Made by a program: the position numbers and the translations under genes
Assembly: GCA_965204755.1 (NCBI GenBank)
Contig: OZ242011.1
Span: forward strand, 1,408,001 to 1,472,000
Direction: 5' to 3'
Source of the DNA: Candidatus Marinacidobacterium sp.
Lineage (GTDB): Bacteria; Acidobacteriota; Vicinamibacteria; Marinacidobacterales; Marinacidobacteraceae
Length of the DNA stretch: 64,000 nucleotides
Shown: positions 38,417-47,538 of the stretch, piece after piece
Layout of the letters: each line of letters starts with the position of its first letter
Position numbering within the stretch: the first letter of the stretch is position 1
Notes under the pieces: generated by a model
What the model saw: the letters and a program-made list of their open reading frames with translations, nothing else
Database searches by the model: none
Told to the model about the DNA's origin: nothing

Positions 38417-39136
38417 CTACCCCGGCGGGCCGGCCGCGGGCGCCGGCGGGCGGGGGCCGAAGATGGCGGTACCCACCCGGACGACGGTGGCGCCCTCGGC
38501 GATGGCGGCTTCGAAGTCGTGGCTCATCCCCATGGAGAGGGCCGGGGCGGGCGGGAGCAGCCCCGCGGCGGCGAGCCGCTCCGCCGCGGCGCGGAGCCGG
38601 GAGAAGTAGGGGCGCGCCGCCTCCGGGTCGGGGGTGAAGGGAGGGATGGCCATCAACCCGCAGAGCGAGAGGTGGGGGAGGCCGGCGATCTCCGCGACCT
38701 CCCGGTCGAGTTCCGCCGCGGGGACGCCGGTCTTCGTGGATTCCCCGGCGAGGTCCGCCTGGACGAACGCGGTCAAGCGGCGGCCCTCCTCCCCGGCGAT
38801 GCGGCTCAGGCGCCGGGCGAGCGGCGCGCCGTCCACCGACTGGATCACCGGGAACAGCCGGACCGCCGCCCGCGCCTTGTTCGACTGCAGCCGGCCCACC
38901 AGGTGGGGAACGATCGCGGCGGTGACTTCGCCGAGTTTGGCCGCCGCCTCCTGGACGCGGTTCTCGCCGAAGTCGCGGAGGCCGCAGCCGGCCGCGCGGT
39001 CGATCTCCGCCGCGGCGCGCGTCTTGGAGACGGCCACCAGCCGGACGCCGTCCGGGTCGCGCCCGGCCCGTCGGCAGGCGTCTTCGATCCGCTCGCGCAC
39101 CCGCTCGATCCGCCCGGCGAGCGTCTCCGGGGTCAT
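38417..39136 (-). CDS. yggS: PLP-homeostasis protein YggS/PROSC
   Basis: LVAVSKT, FGENRVQE, GRLQSNK, GLMAIPP, LSMGMSHD, VRVGTAIFG. Confidence 0.96.
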   Translation of the reverse strand: MTPETLAGRIERVRERIEDACRRAGRDPDGVRLVAVSKTRAAAEIDRAAGCGLRDFGENRVQEAAAKLGEVTAAIVPHLVGRLQSNKARAAVRLFPVIQSVDGAPLARRLSRIAGEEGRRLTAFVQADLAGESTKTGVPAAELDREVAEIAGLPHLSLCGLMAIPPFTPDPEAARPYFSRLRAAAERLAAAGLLPPAPALSMGMSHDFEAAIAEGATVVRVGTAIFGPRPPAPAAGPPG

Positions 39137-39167
39137 CGGCGGGGCCTCGGGAGGCGGGGGTCGCGCG

Positions 39168-39218
39168 GCGGGACGGATTCGCGGGACGGATCGCGAGACG
39201 GTTTCGCGAGACGGATTG
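39168..39218. repeat. ~13-bp imperfect tandem repeat x4 between dinG and yggS
   Basis: GCGGGACGGATTC, GCGGGACGGATC, GCGAGACGGTTTC, GCGAGACGGATTG. Confidence 0.7.
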
Positions 39219-39227
39219 GGGGGCGGT

Positions 39228-41225
39228 TCACGGCAGGGACTCCAGGAAGCGCACCGCCTCCGCCGGGTCGTGGACGATTCGGTACGGGGGCAGGCTCTCC
39301 ACGATGGCGGCGCCGTAGCGGCTGGTGGCCAGCCGGGAGTCGAGGACGGCGGCGAGCCCGACATCCCGGCGGCTGCGGATCAACCGACCCAGCCCCTGCT
39401 TGAGGGCCAGCGCGGTCATCGGCAGGTGGTAGCCGGAGAAACCGCTGCCGGAGACCGCCTCCGCCCGGGAAGCGCGGGCGGAGTGGAGCGGGTCGTTCGG
39501 CGGCGGGAAGGGCAGTTTGTCGATGACCAGCAGGGTGAGCGCCTCGCCGGGCACATCCACCCCCTCCCAGAAGGACTGCACCCCGAGCAGCACCGCGCCG
39601 GGAGTGTTCCGGAAGCGGTCGAGGAGCGCCGCGTGCCCTCCCCGGGACTCCTGGCGGAGCACCGGGTAGGGGGAGGCGGCGTCGAGCCGCTCGCCGACCG
39701 CGTTCAGGTTGTTCCAACTGGTGAACAGCAGGAGCGCCCGGCCCCGGCTGGCCCGCACCAGGTCCAGGATCATCGCGGCCACGGCTCCCGGCCACTCCCG
39801 GCCGTTCCGCTTCGGGTCGAACGCCGCGCCCTCCGGGACGAACAGGCGGGTCTGCTCCTCGAAGTCGAACGGCGACGGGTAGCGGGCGTCCCCGTCGGGT
39901 CGGACGCCGAGCGCGTCGGCTGCGAAGTCGAAGCCCCCGGAGACCGAGAGGGTGGCGGAGGTCAGGACGAACGCGTCGAGCGGCTCGAACAACTCGCTGC
40001 CGAGCCGTTCCCCGGCGTGGATCGGGCTGGCGTTCAGCAGCACCGTCCGCTTCCGTTCCCGGCCCCGCTCGCCGTCCTGCCGCCAGGCGCTCCAGAAGAC
40101 GGTGTTGTCGCAGGGTTCGAGGACGGCGTGGAGGTCGATCGCCAACTCGGCGATGCGCCGCCGCAGGTGCTCCGCGCCGTGCGGCAGTTCCTCCGCCGAC
40201 CGGCCGTCGGCGGACGCCCGCTCCCGGAGGCGGTCGAGGACCGCGGAGTACTCCTCGTCGAGCGCCCGGAGTTCCTCCTCGGCGGCGCCGGCGTCCCGGC
40301 GAACGGAGTGCGGCAACCCTTCCGGTTCGATGGGCCGGTGATCCCGCGGGCCGTCGGAGTCCGGCGCCAGGGCCTCGAACAGGGCGCCGAACGGCCGCTT
40401 CAGGCGGCTCGCCGCCGGGGGGGCCTTCTCTTCCAGCCGCCGGCAGAAGCGGCCGAGGTCGGTGGCGAGCCGCTCGGCGGCGGACGACGAGACGGTCGTC
40501 GAGAGGCTCTGGGTGGCCGCGCCTTCGAGGCGGTGCGCCTCGTCCACGATCAGGAGGTCGTAGTCGGGCAGCACCACGCCGAAGTCGAAGCGCTGCCGCA
40601 CCACCAGGTCGGCGACCAGGAGGTGGTGGTTCACCACGACGATGCGGCTCTTCCGCGCCTGCTGCCGCAGGGTCATGAGGTGGCAGTCGTCGTAGTCGGC
40701 GCACTGCTGGCCGGTGCAGTTCTCCGAAACGGCGGAGATGCCCCGCCAGTAGTCGAGCCCGCCGGTGAGGCCGCCGATCTCGTCGCGGTCGCCGGTGCGG
40801 GTCTTCGCCGCCCAGCGGGCGATGCGGGTCAGGTCCGCCTTCCGCCGGCGCATCCCGAGGTCGGGAGAAGCGCGGAACTCCGCCCAACGGCGGCGGCAGA
40901 GGTAGTTCTCGCGGCCCTTCATCCGGGCCGTCGGCACCCGGCTGCCCAGGATCCGCTGCAGTTGCGGCAGGTCCTTCTCGAAGAGTTGGTCCTGGAGGTT
41001 CCGGGTGGCGGTGGAGACCACCACCCGCTTACCGCAGAGGAGCGCCGGGAGCAGGTAGGCGAAGGACTTCCCGATCCCGGTCCCCGCTTCCACCAGCAGC
41101 GCGCCGCCGCCGCCGAGGGTGGCCTCGACCCGCTCCGCCATCTCGACCTGGCCCCGGCGGTGCTCGAACCCGTCGAGCGCCCGGGCGAGCGCGCCGCCTT
41201 CGCCCAGGAAGTCCGCCGCCCCCAC
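39228..41225 (-). CDS. DinG/YoaA family Fe-S helicase
   Basis: EAGTGIGKS, KGRENYLC, C..C...C Fe-S ligands, VNHHLL, DEAH, TSATL, WEGVD, QGLGRLIR. Confidence 0.94.
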   Translation of the reverse strand: MGAADFLGEGGALARALDGFEHRRGQVEMAERVEATLGGGGALLVEAGTGIGKSFAYLLPALLCGKRVVVSTATRNLQDQLFEKDLPQLQRILGSRVPTARMKGRENYLCRRRWAEFRASPDLGMRRRKADLTRIARWAAKTRTGDRDEIGGLTGGLDYWRGISAVSENCTGQQCADYDDCHLMTLRQQARKSRIVVVNHHLLVADLVVRQRFDFGVVLPDYDLLIVDEAHRLEGAATQSLSTTVSSSAAERLATDLGRFCRRLEEKAPPAASRLKRPFGALFEALAPDSDGPRDHRPIEPEGLPHSVRRDAGAAEEELRALDEEYSAVLDRLRERASADGRSAEELPHGAEHLRRRIAELAIDLHAVLEPCDNTVFWSAWRQDGERGRERKRTVLLNASPIHAGERLGSELFEPLDAFVLTSATLSVSGGFDFAADALGVRPDGDARYPSPFDFEEQTRLFVPEGAAFDPKRNGREWPGAVAAMILDLVRASRGRALLLFTSWNNLNAVGERLDAASPYPVLRQESRGGHAALLDRFRNTPGAVLLGVQSFWEGVDVPGEALTLLVIDKLPFPPPNDPLHSARASRAEAVSGSGFSGYHLPMTALALKQGLGRLIRSRRDVGLAAVLDSRLATSRYGAAIVESLPPYRIVHDPAEAVRFLESLP

Positions 41226-41231
41226 GGGCTG

Positions 41232-41459
41232 CTAACGGCCCGTGGAAAAAGCGCTCCGCCCTCGGCTCCTCGACCGGAGGACGCCCGGTCCCGGTCGGGT
41301 TTCCGGGCGGAGCGCTCTTCCCACGGGCCGGCGGCGCGAATCGCTGCGCGATTCCCCCCGCCATCTATCGCGGGGAGGGGGCCACCCCCTCCCCGCACCC
41401 CTCCCCGGTCGGCGCTTCGCGCCGACGGAGGCTCTCCGGACTTTCTCCACGGGCTGCTA
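41232..41459 (+). mobile_element. ~225-bp MITE-like structured repeat, copy 3 (best-preserved ends)
   Basis: Ends CTAACGGCCCGTGGAAAAAG ... CTTTCTCCACGGGCTGCTA form imperfect terminal inverted repeats; the terminal CTA is the glyA TAG stop. Confidence 0.85.
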
Positions 41460-42764
41460 AGCCGAGGCCGGAGTGTCCGCCGGCTCCAGGTAGAGCGGGA
41501 ACTGCGATGCCAACTCGGCGACTTCGTCGGCGAGGCGGGCGAGCGCGGCTTCGTCCCCGGCGGCTTCGAGCGCGGAGGCGATCATGCGGGCCACGATCCG
41601 CATCTCCCCTTCCCCGAAGCCGCGGCTGGTGAGCGCCGCGGTGCCCAGCCGGACGCCGCTGGCGATCAGGGGCTTTTCCGGGTCGAAGGGGATCGTGTTC
41701 TTGTTCGCGGTGATGCCGGCCGCTTCGAGCGCGGTTTCGGCGTCTCTCCCGGTGACGCCCTTGGGCCGCACATCGAGCAGGAGGAGGTGGTTGTCGGTTC
41801 CGCCGGACACCAGCCGGAAACCGTGTCCGGCGAGCGCCTCGCCGAGCGCCCGGGCGTTCGCGATCACCTGCCGGGCGTAGGCCGAGAACTCCGGCTGGAG
41901 CGCCTCCCGGAAACAGACCGCCTTGGCGGCGATGGTGTGCATCATCGGGCCGCCCTGGATCCCGGGGAAAGTGACCCGGTTGAGCGCCCTGGTCAGTTCC
42001 TTGTCGTTCCAGAGGATCAGCCCGCCGCGGGGGCCGCGCAGGGTCTTGTGGGTGGTGGTGGTCACGATGTCGGAGAACGGCAGCGGGTTCGGGATCGCCC
42101 CCCCGGCCACCAGGCCGGCGATGTGGGCGATGTCGGTTACCACCCGGGCGCCGACCGAGTCGGCGATTTCGCGGATCTCCTCCGCCGGGAAGAGGCGCGG
42201 GTAGGCGCTCGCCCCCACCAGGATCATCTTCGGGCGGTGTTCTTCCGCCAGTTCGCGCAGCCGGTCGAGGTCGAGCCGTTCGTCCTCCCGGCGGACGCCG
42301 TAGGCGACCGGGCGGTAGAGACTCCCGGAGAAGTTCAGCGGGTGGCCGTGGGTGAGGTGCCCGCCCTGGTCGAGCGCCATCCCCAGGTAGGTGTCCCCGG
42401 GTTCGAGCAGCGCCATGTAGGCGGCCAGGTTGGCCTGGCTGCCGCTGTGGGGCTGGACATTGGCGTAGGCGGCGCCGAAGAGTTCCTTCGCCCGGTTCCG
42501 GGCCAGCCGCTCCGCCTCGTCCACATGGACGCAGCCCCCGTAGTAGCGCCGCCCCGGGTACCCCTCGGCGTACTTGTTGGTCATCACCGAGGCGTTCGCC
42601 TCGAGGACCGCGTCGCTTGCGAAGTTCTCCGAAGCGATGAGTTCGAGGCCGCGGGACTGGCGGACCTCCTCGGCCCGGACGGCGGCGGCGATCTCCGGGT
42701 CGCGCTCCCCGAGCGGCGGGCCGAAGCGGCGGCGGCGGAAACTCTCGTTCGGAGGGGCGGTCAT
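41457..42764 (-). CDS. glyA: Serine hydroxymethyltransferase
   Basis: [44 protein letters not shown]. Confidence 0.98.
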   Translation of the reverse strand: MTAPPNESFRRRRFGPPLGERDPEIAAAVRAEEVRQSRGLELIASENFASDAVLEANASVMTNKYAEGYPGRRYYGGCVHVDEAERLARNRAKELFGAAYANVQPHSGSQANLAAYMALLEPGDTYLGMALDQGGHLTHGHPLNFSGSLYRPVAYGVRREDERLDLDRLRELAEEHRPKMILVGASAYPRLFPAEEIREIADSVGARVVTDIAHIAGLVAGGAIPNPLPFSDIVTTTTHKTLRGPRGGLILWNDKELTRALNRVTFPGIQGGPMMHTIAAKAVCFREALQPEFSAYARQVIANARALGEALAGHGFRLVSGGTDNHLLLLDVRPKGVTGRDAETALEAAGITANKNTIPFDPEKPLIASGVRLGTAALTSRGFGEGEMRIVARMIASALEAAGDEAALARLADEVAELASQFPLYLEPADTPASA

Positions 42765-42825
42765 GGGCGGCAAGCAGTATAGGGAGGGGCGGGGCCGGTT
42801 CCGGTCGCCGCCCCGGTGGCGGCGG

Positions 42826-43758
42826 TCAGAGGTAGGCGGCGGCGAAGCCGACCTGCGCCGCCATCATGAGCAGGTACATGTGGGTCCAGGAGACATGGTT
42901 GCGGTCGGCGGCGAGGTCGTCCGGCCGCCGGAGCATCAGGGCGGCGACGAACGCGCCGTAGAGCGCGAGGCCGAGGCCGAGGGGGTGGAGGACCTCCGGG
43001 GCGCCGGTAAGGAGGCCGTAACGCGCGCCGACGGGGATGGCGAGGAAGGGCAGGACGAAGAACGGGGCGATCCGCCGGGCCGCCCCCTTCGGGCCGTAGC
43101 GCACCGGGAGCGTGCGGCAGCCGCCGGCGCGGTCGCCCTCGAGGTCGGAGAAGTCCTTGGTGCTGGTGGCCCCCAGCAGGAAGAGGCCGAAGATCCCGCC
43201 GATGAGCCAGGGCTCCAGGGCGGCGGCGCTGCGGATCGCCGACCAGCCGGCCACCTTGAGCAGGACGCCGCGGGGGACGGCGATGGTCAGGTTCGCCGCC
43301 ATCCCCAGGCGCTTGGTGCGGAGCGGCGGCGCCGAGTAGGCCCAGATGAAAACGCTGGCGGCGAGGACCACCAGGAAGCACTCCCGGCCGGCGAGCCCGG
43401 CCGCGCCGCCGGGAGTCACGAAGAACGCGGCGGCGAGGGCGAGCGCCCAGGTCAGGGCGGTGAAGCGCTTCGCCGCGGCGAGGCCCAGCCGCCCGGAGGG
43501 CAGCGGCCGCTGCGGCTTGGCGATCCGGTCGATCTCGAGGTCGCAGACCTGGTTCAGCCCGTTGCTGGCCGCGTTCAGGAGCGCGGCCATGAGGGCGCCC
43601 AGGACGGCCGAGCCCCAGGGAACGGCGTCGAGCGGCGGTTCCGCGCCGTAGGCGGTGACGCTCGCGCTCAGGAAGCCGACCAGCGGCGGCAGCAGGGTGA
43701 AGGGGCGGGAGAACTCCAGGTAGAGCGCCGCCCGCGCGCGGATCCGGGCGAATCTCAT
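42826..43758 (-). CDS. UbiA-superfamily prenyltransferase (DGGGP synthase / chlorophyll synthase-like branch)
   Basis: [56 protein letters not shown]. Confidence 0.85.
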   Translation of the reverse strand: MRFARIRARAALYLEFSRPFTLLPPLVGFLSASVTAYGAEPPLDAVPWGSAVLGALMAALLNAASNGLNQVCDLEIDRIAKPQRPLPSGRLGLAAAKRFTALTWALALAAAFFVTPGGAAGLAGRECFLVVLAASVFIWAYSAPPLRTKRLGMAANLTIAVPRGVLLKVAGWSAIRSAAALEPWLIGGIFGLFLLGATSTKDFSDLEGDRAGGCRTLPVRYGPKGAARRIAPFFVLPFLAIPVGARYGLLTGAPEVLHPLGLGLALYGAFVAALMLRRPDDLAADRNHVSWTHMYLLMMAAQVGFAAAYL

Positions 43759-43774
43759 CCGGCTGCGGCGGGTT

Positions 43775-44530
43775 TCATCCGGCTGCGCCGGGCAGGCCGA
43801 AGAACGCCGCGGCGACGGGGAGCGCCCCGCAGGCGAGGCCGGCGAGGGCGCCCCCGGCGAACCCGGAGAGGGCGTTCACCGCGTCGTGGTCGAGCCGCCG
43901 CGCCGGGTCCGGGGAGACGAGCAGCCCCTCTCCCAGCGCGGCGGCGAAACCGCCGAGGGCGGCGAACGGAGCGGCGGCCCACTCGAGGACGCCGAACGCG
44001 CCGGCGGCGGCGCCGAGGGCGAGCGCCGCCCCGGCTCCCGCGAGCGTGCCGACCGGCGTGACCGCGCCCGGCGTCCCCGGCGGAACGGGCGCGAAGCCGC
44101 GGAGCCGGCGCCCGGCCCCGCCGAACGCCTTGCCGATCTCCGAAGAGGCGGTGTCCGCCGCCGCGGCGGCGAGCGTTCCCGCGAAGGCGCAGGCGAAGAC
44201 GCCGCTCCACGGCGCCGGGGAGAGTCCGGCGAAGAGCGCGAAGACCGCCGGCGGCCCGCCGTTCGCGAGCACGGAACGCGCGCCCCGCGCCCCGGCCCGG
44301 GGTTCGGCGATGCCGAGCGCCTGCTTCCGGGCCAGCCCGACCCGGGTCGCTCCGGACCCGACGACGAAGAACAGCAGCAGGAGCAGGTAGCCGGACAGTC
44401 CGGCGGCGAGCGCGACGACCGCTCCGGTCACCCCCCCGGCGAGCGCGCCGCCGCCGTCCACCGTTCCGAAACGCCGGCCGAGGAACGCCAGCCCCGCGTT
44501 CGCGAGCAGGAGGAGCAGGACGACGGTCAA
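43775..44530 (-). CDS. DUF92 (TMEM19/VTE6-like) membrane protein (start approximate)
   Basis: FFVVGSGATR, RGARSVLANG, ADTASSEIG, VPPGTPGAVTPVGT, DHDAVN. Confidence 0.85.
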   Translation of the reverse strand: MTVVLLLLLANAGLAFLGRRFGTVDGGGALAGGVTGAVVALAAGLSGYLLLLLFFVVGSGATRVGLARKQALGIAEPRAGARGARSVLANGGPPAVFALFAGLSPAPWSGVFACAFAGTLAAAAADTASSEIGKAFGGAGRRLRGFAPVPPGTPGAVTPVGTLAGAGAALALGAAAGAFGVLEWAAAPFAALGGFAAALGEGLLVSPDPARRLDHDAVNALSGFAGGALAGLACGALPVAAAFFGLPGAAG

Positions 44531-44600
44531 GGGAGGGCGGGCGCCTCTCGGCGGGCCGGAGAAACGCCGGGGGCGCGCCGGGCGCTCTTCCGGCGGGCGG

Positions 44601-46691
44601 TCAGTACAGGCGGTCGCTGCCGCCGCCGGCGCCGAAGCCGAAACTCTTGTAGCCGCCCAGCGAGATCCCGAAGCGGAAGATGTTCTCGCTGCGGCTCTCC
44701 AGGTTGAACCGCGTCCACTCCACATTCACGCCGCAGCACTGGAACAGGATATCGGCGCGCACGGAGACATTGGAGAGTCGGCGTTCGGTGATGTCGTAGT
44801 TCACCTGGACGCCGCTGCGGATCAACTCGCCGACGACGAAGTCCCCTCCGCCGCGCAGGTAACTGTTCGCGTCGATCGTTTCCGGTTCCGTCTCGGTCTC
44901 CGGTATGCGCCGCGCGCGCCTGGACCAGTTGAAAGTGAACTGCCGGTCCGAGGCGTAGTCGCCGATGCGGGCGCCCACCCGCATCGAAGTGAACAGCCGC
45001 TCGTCGGGATCCCATTCCATCGTCCAGTCGCCGCCGGCGTTCCGATCCGGCTGGAAGCGGAACTCCGACCGGACGGGCGACTTGACCACGCTCTGCTCTT
45101 CCTCGAACGAAGAGGAGTAGTAGGACGAGTTGTAGGCGCCCCCTTCCGGGTCGAAGTAGTAACTCTGCATGACCCGCCAGGTGATGAGGTCGGTGGCGGT
45201 GGACTCCTCCACGCCGTCCCGGTACCGCTTCGCGAGCACCCGGTTCACGAGCGCCACGCTCACCTGGTTCGTCGTGGCGTAACTGTCCCGGCGGTCGTGC
45301 CGTTTCACCCGGTCGAAGCCGTCGCCGCTGACCCGGTACTCCCAGGTGACCTCCGGTTCGATCAGGTGCTTGTAGCGCGCCGCGTAGAAGTTGTTCGGGC
45401 TCTCGAAGATCCGCTCCACCTTCGGCCCGATGAGTTGCAGGTCGCCGCCGTAGAACCGCTGGGTCAGCCCCAGGGTCGGATCGAAGTCCCCGGTCTCCGG
45501 ATCCTCCGAGCCGCTGTACCGCACATAGCCGCCCTCGGCGCCGACGGTGAGTTCCAGGAACGGGACGGTGGGCAGCGAAAAACTCAGGTTCGGGCCGAGG
45601 AACAGCCGGTTCCAGCGGTGGATGTCGTCCCGGTAGGACTTGGCGACGCGCACATAGTCGAACTCGTAGCCGACCTGCACATAGTCACCGAGCAGGTTCA
45701 GGCTGCGGCGGGTGATGTTGAACTGGGGGAGCGCCTGGCGAAGGCTGGTCCGGGTGGCGTACTGCGTCTCCTTGCGGTCGATCTTCAAGGACACGCGGTG
45801 GCGGAACAACTGGCCCTTCAGGTCGGACTTCAGGCGCTTGAAGCGGCGCGTGGATCGGGAGAAGGAGTTCTGGAACCGCTGGCTGAAGTTGAAACTCGAG
45901 AACATGTCGCCCTTCGCGCTGAACCGGAACCGACCCGGAAGCCGTTGCGCGATGTCGAAATTCAGGCTGTACTCGCGGTTCTCCGTCGTCCTGTCGTTGA
46001 TGCCGAAGGCTTCCACTTCGGCCCGGGAACCGCGCTCGCCCCGGTTGCGGTATTCCACGCCGAGGCCGGCGCCGGCCTTGGTGAAGTAGTCCACGCTGAT
46101 CGTCGCGTCCATCGAGCGGTTGATCGCCCAGTAGAACGACTGGCTCGCCAGGTGTCCGCGGACATCGGACCGGCCGTATTTGGGCGTCAGGAATCCGGTC
46201 TTGCGTTCTTCCTCGTTCTTCCGGAGCGGGTAGTAGAGCGCCGGGAGGTAGAGGAGCGGCACATCCGCGATGCGGAAGGTCACATTTCGCAGCCAGACCC
46301 GTCGCTGCGGACGCACGACGGCGCGTCCGGCGGCGAACTGCCAGCGCGGCGTCGGCTGGACGCAGGTGGTGAACGCCCCCTTCTCGAGGATCACATCGCC
46401 GTTCCCGACTTCTTCGAGCGACTCCGCGAAGAAGTGGAGGTCGTGCCCCAGCACCCCGCGCGCGTTGCGGAACTTCGCCAGCCCGGCCCGGAGGTCGGCC
46501 TCGAGCGACTCGGCGACGACCTTGTCGTTCCCGCGCTCGAAGACCACGCTTCCGACCGCGCTGATCGCGAGTGCGTCTTCGCGGATCTCGATCCGGTCCG
46601 CCTGCACCCGGATGCGACCCCAGGCGACCTGCGCGTAGCCGTCGAGCACCACGAGGTCGCCGTCCCGCTCCACCCGCTCGGCCTCGGTCAC
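44601..46691 (-). CDS. lptD: LPS-assembly outer-membrane protein LptD (true start probably upstream, ~46868)
   Basis: OstA-like N domain; FTTC..PRW, PLLYLP, KTGFLTP, YKHLIEP, QCCG; beta-barrel C-terminus. Confidence 0.88.
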   Translation of the reverse strand: MTEAERVERDGDLVVLDGYAQVAWGRIRVQADRIEIREDALAISAVGSVVFERGNDKVVAESLEADLRAGLAKFRNARGVLGHDLHFFAESLEEVGNGDVILEKGAFTTCVQPTPRWQFAAGRAVVRPQRRVWLRNVTFRIADVPLLYLPALYYPLRKNEEERKTGFLTPKYGRSDVRGHLASQSFYWAINRSMDATISVDYFTKAGAGLGVEYRNRGERGSRAEVEAFGINDRTTENREYSLNFDIAQRLPGRFRFSAKGDMFSSFNFSQRFQNSFSRSTRRFKRLKSDLKGQLFRHRVSLKIDRKETQYATRTSLRQALPQFNITRRSLNLLGDYVQVGYEFDYVRVAKSYRDDIHRWNRLFLGPNLSFSLPTVPFLELTVGAEGGYVRYSGSEDPETGDFDPTLGLTQRFYGGDLQLIGPKVERIFESPNNFYAARYKHLIEPEVTWEYRVSGDGFDRVKRHDRRDSYATTNQVSVALVNRVLAKRYRDGVEESTATDLITWRVMQSYYFDPEGGAYNSSYYSSSFEEEQSVVKSPVRSEFRFQPDRNAGGDWTMEWDPDERLFTSMRVGARIGDYASDRQFTFNWSRRARRIPETETEPETIDANSYLRGGGDFVVGELIRSGVQVNYDITERRLSNVSVRADILFQCCGVNVEWTRFNLESRSENIFRFGISLGGYKSFGFGAGGGSDRLY

Positions 46692-46848
46692 CAGCGTGTC
46701 CGCCGGCGCCTCGGGGTGCGGCCACGCCTCCGGCGGCCGCTGGACTTCGGGCCGCCGCTGGGCGGAGGCCGATCCGGCGCCGAAGGCGACCGCGGCGAGC
46801 GCCAGCGCTGCGGCGCCCGGCCGGGGCGCGGCCCGACGGCTCGGGCGG

Positions 46849-47469
46849 CTACGAGTGCGCCGGCTCGTAGTAGGGGTTCGTCCCGGCGGCGTGGTCGGTG
46901 GTGTCCAGGATTGCCCCGATCTGCGGGACGGCGCGGCGGAGCGCCCGCTCGACCCCCTGCCGGAGGGTGGCGGTCGCCATCCCGCATCCCTGGCAGCCCC
47001 CGCCCATCCGCAGGAAGACCTGGTTCCGCTCCACTTCGACCAGCGAGATGTGGCCGCCGTGCGCGGCGACCGCCGGGTTGATCTCGTCGCGGAGGACCTG
47101 CTCCACCCGCTCCCGGATCTCGTTAGGCGCCGGCAGCGACTCGAGCACTTCCGCCCCGATCGGATCCGCCGGGCCGGCGAGCGCGGAACGGATCCGGCGC
47201 CCCACTTCCTTCCCGACGGGCATCCAGTTGCCGCCGGTCTCGGCGGTTACCGTGACCAGTTCGTTCTGCACGAGGACGCCCTGCACGCCGGGGACTTCCA
47301 GGATGGCGCGCGCGAGCGGCGCCCGGGAGGTGTCGCTCGAGGGGTCGAAGTAGGCGGAGCCCCCGGGGAAGACCGGCCGGTCCACCACGAACCGGCAGGT
47401 GGAGTTGTCCCGCGGCTCCGCCCGGATCTTGATCTCGGCGCCGGCGCCGTTCGCTCGCCCCTCGGTCAT
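46849..47469 (-). CDS. nfuA: Nfu/NifU-type Fe-S cluster carrier
   Basis: Nfu N-terminal domain (PLARAILEVPGV) plus INPAVAAHGG, GGGCQGCG, TTDHAAGTNPYY. Confidence 0.9.
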   Translation of the reverse strand: MTEGRANGAGAEIKIRAEPRDNSTCRFVVDRPVFPGGSAYFDPSSDTSRAPLARAILEVPGVQGVLVQNELVTVTAETGGNWMPVGKEVGRRIRSALAGPADPIGAEVLESLPAPNEIRERVEQVLRDEINPAVAAHGGHISLVEVERNQVFLRMGGGCQGCGMATATLRQGVERALRRAVPQIGAILDTTDHAAGTNPYYEPAHS

Positions 47470-47538
47470 CTTGCCGGATTCTAGCCGCCGCCCGGCGGGC
47501 TCCTTCCGCCTCCGAGGCGCGCCGGAGGCCGGACGGCT

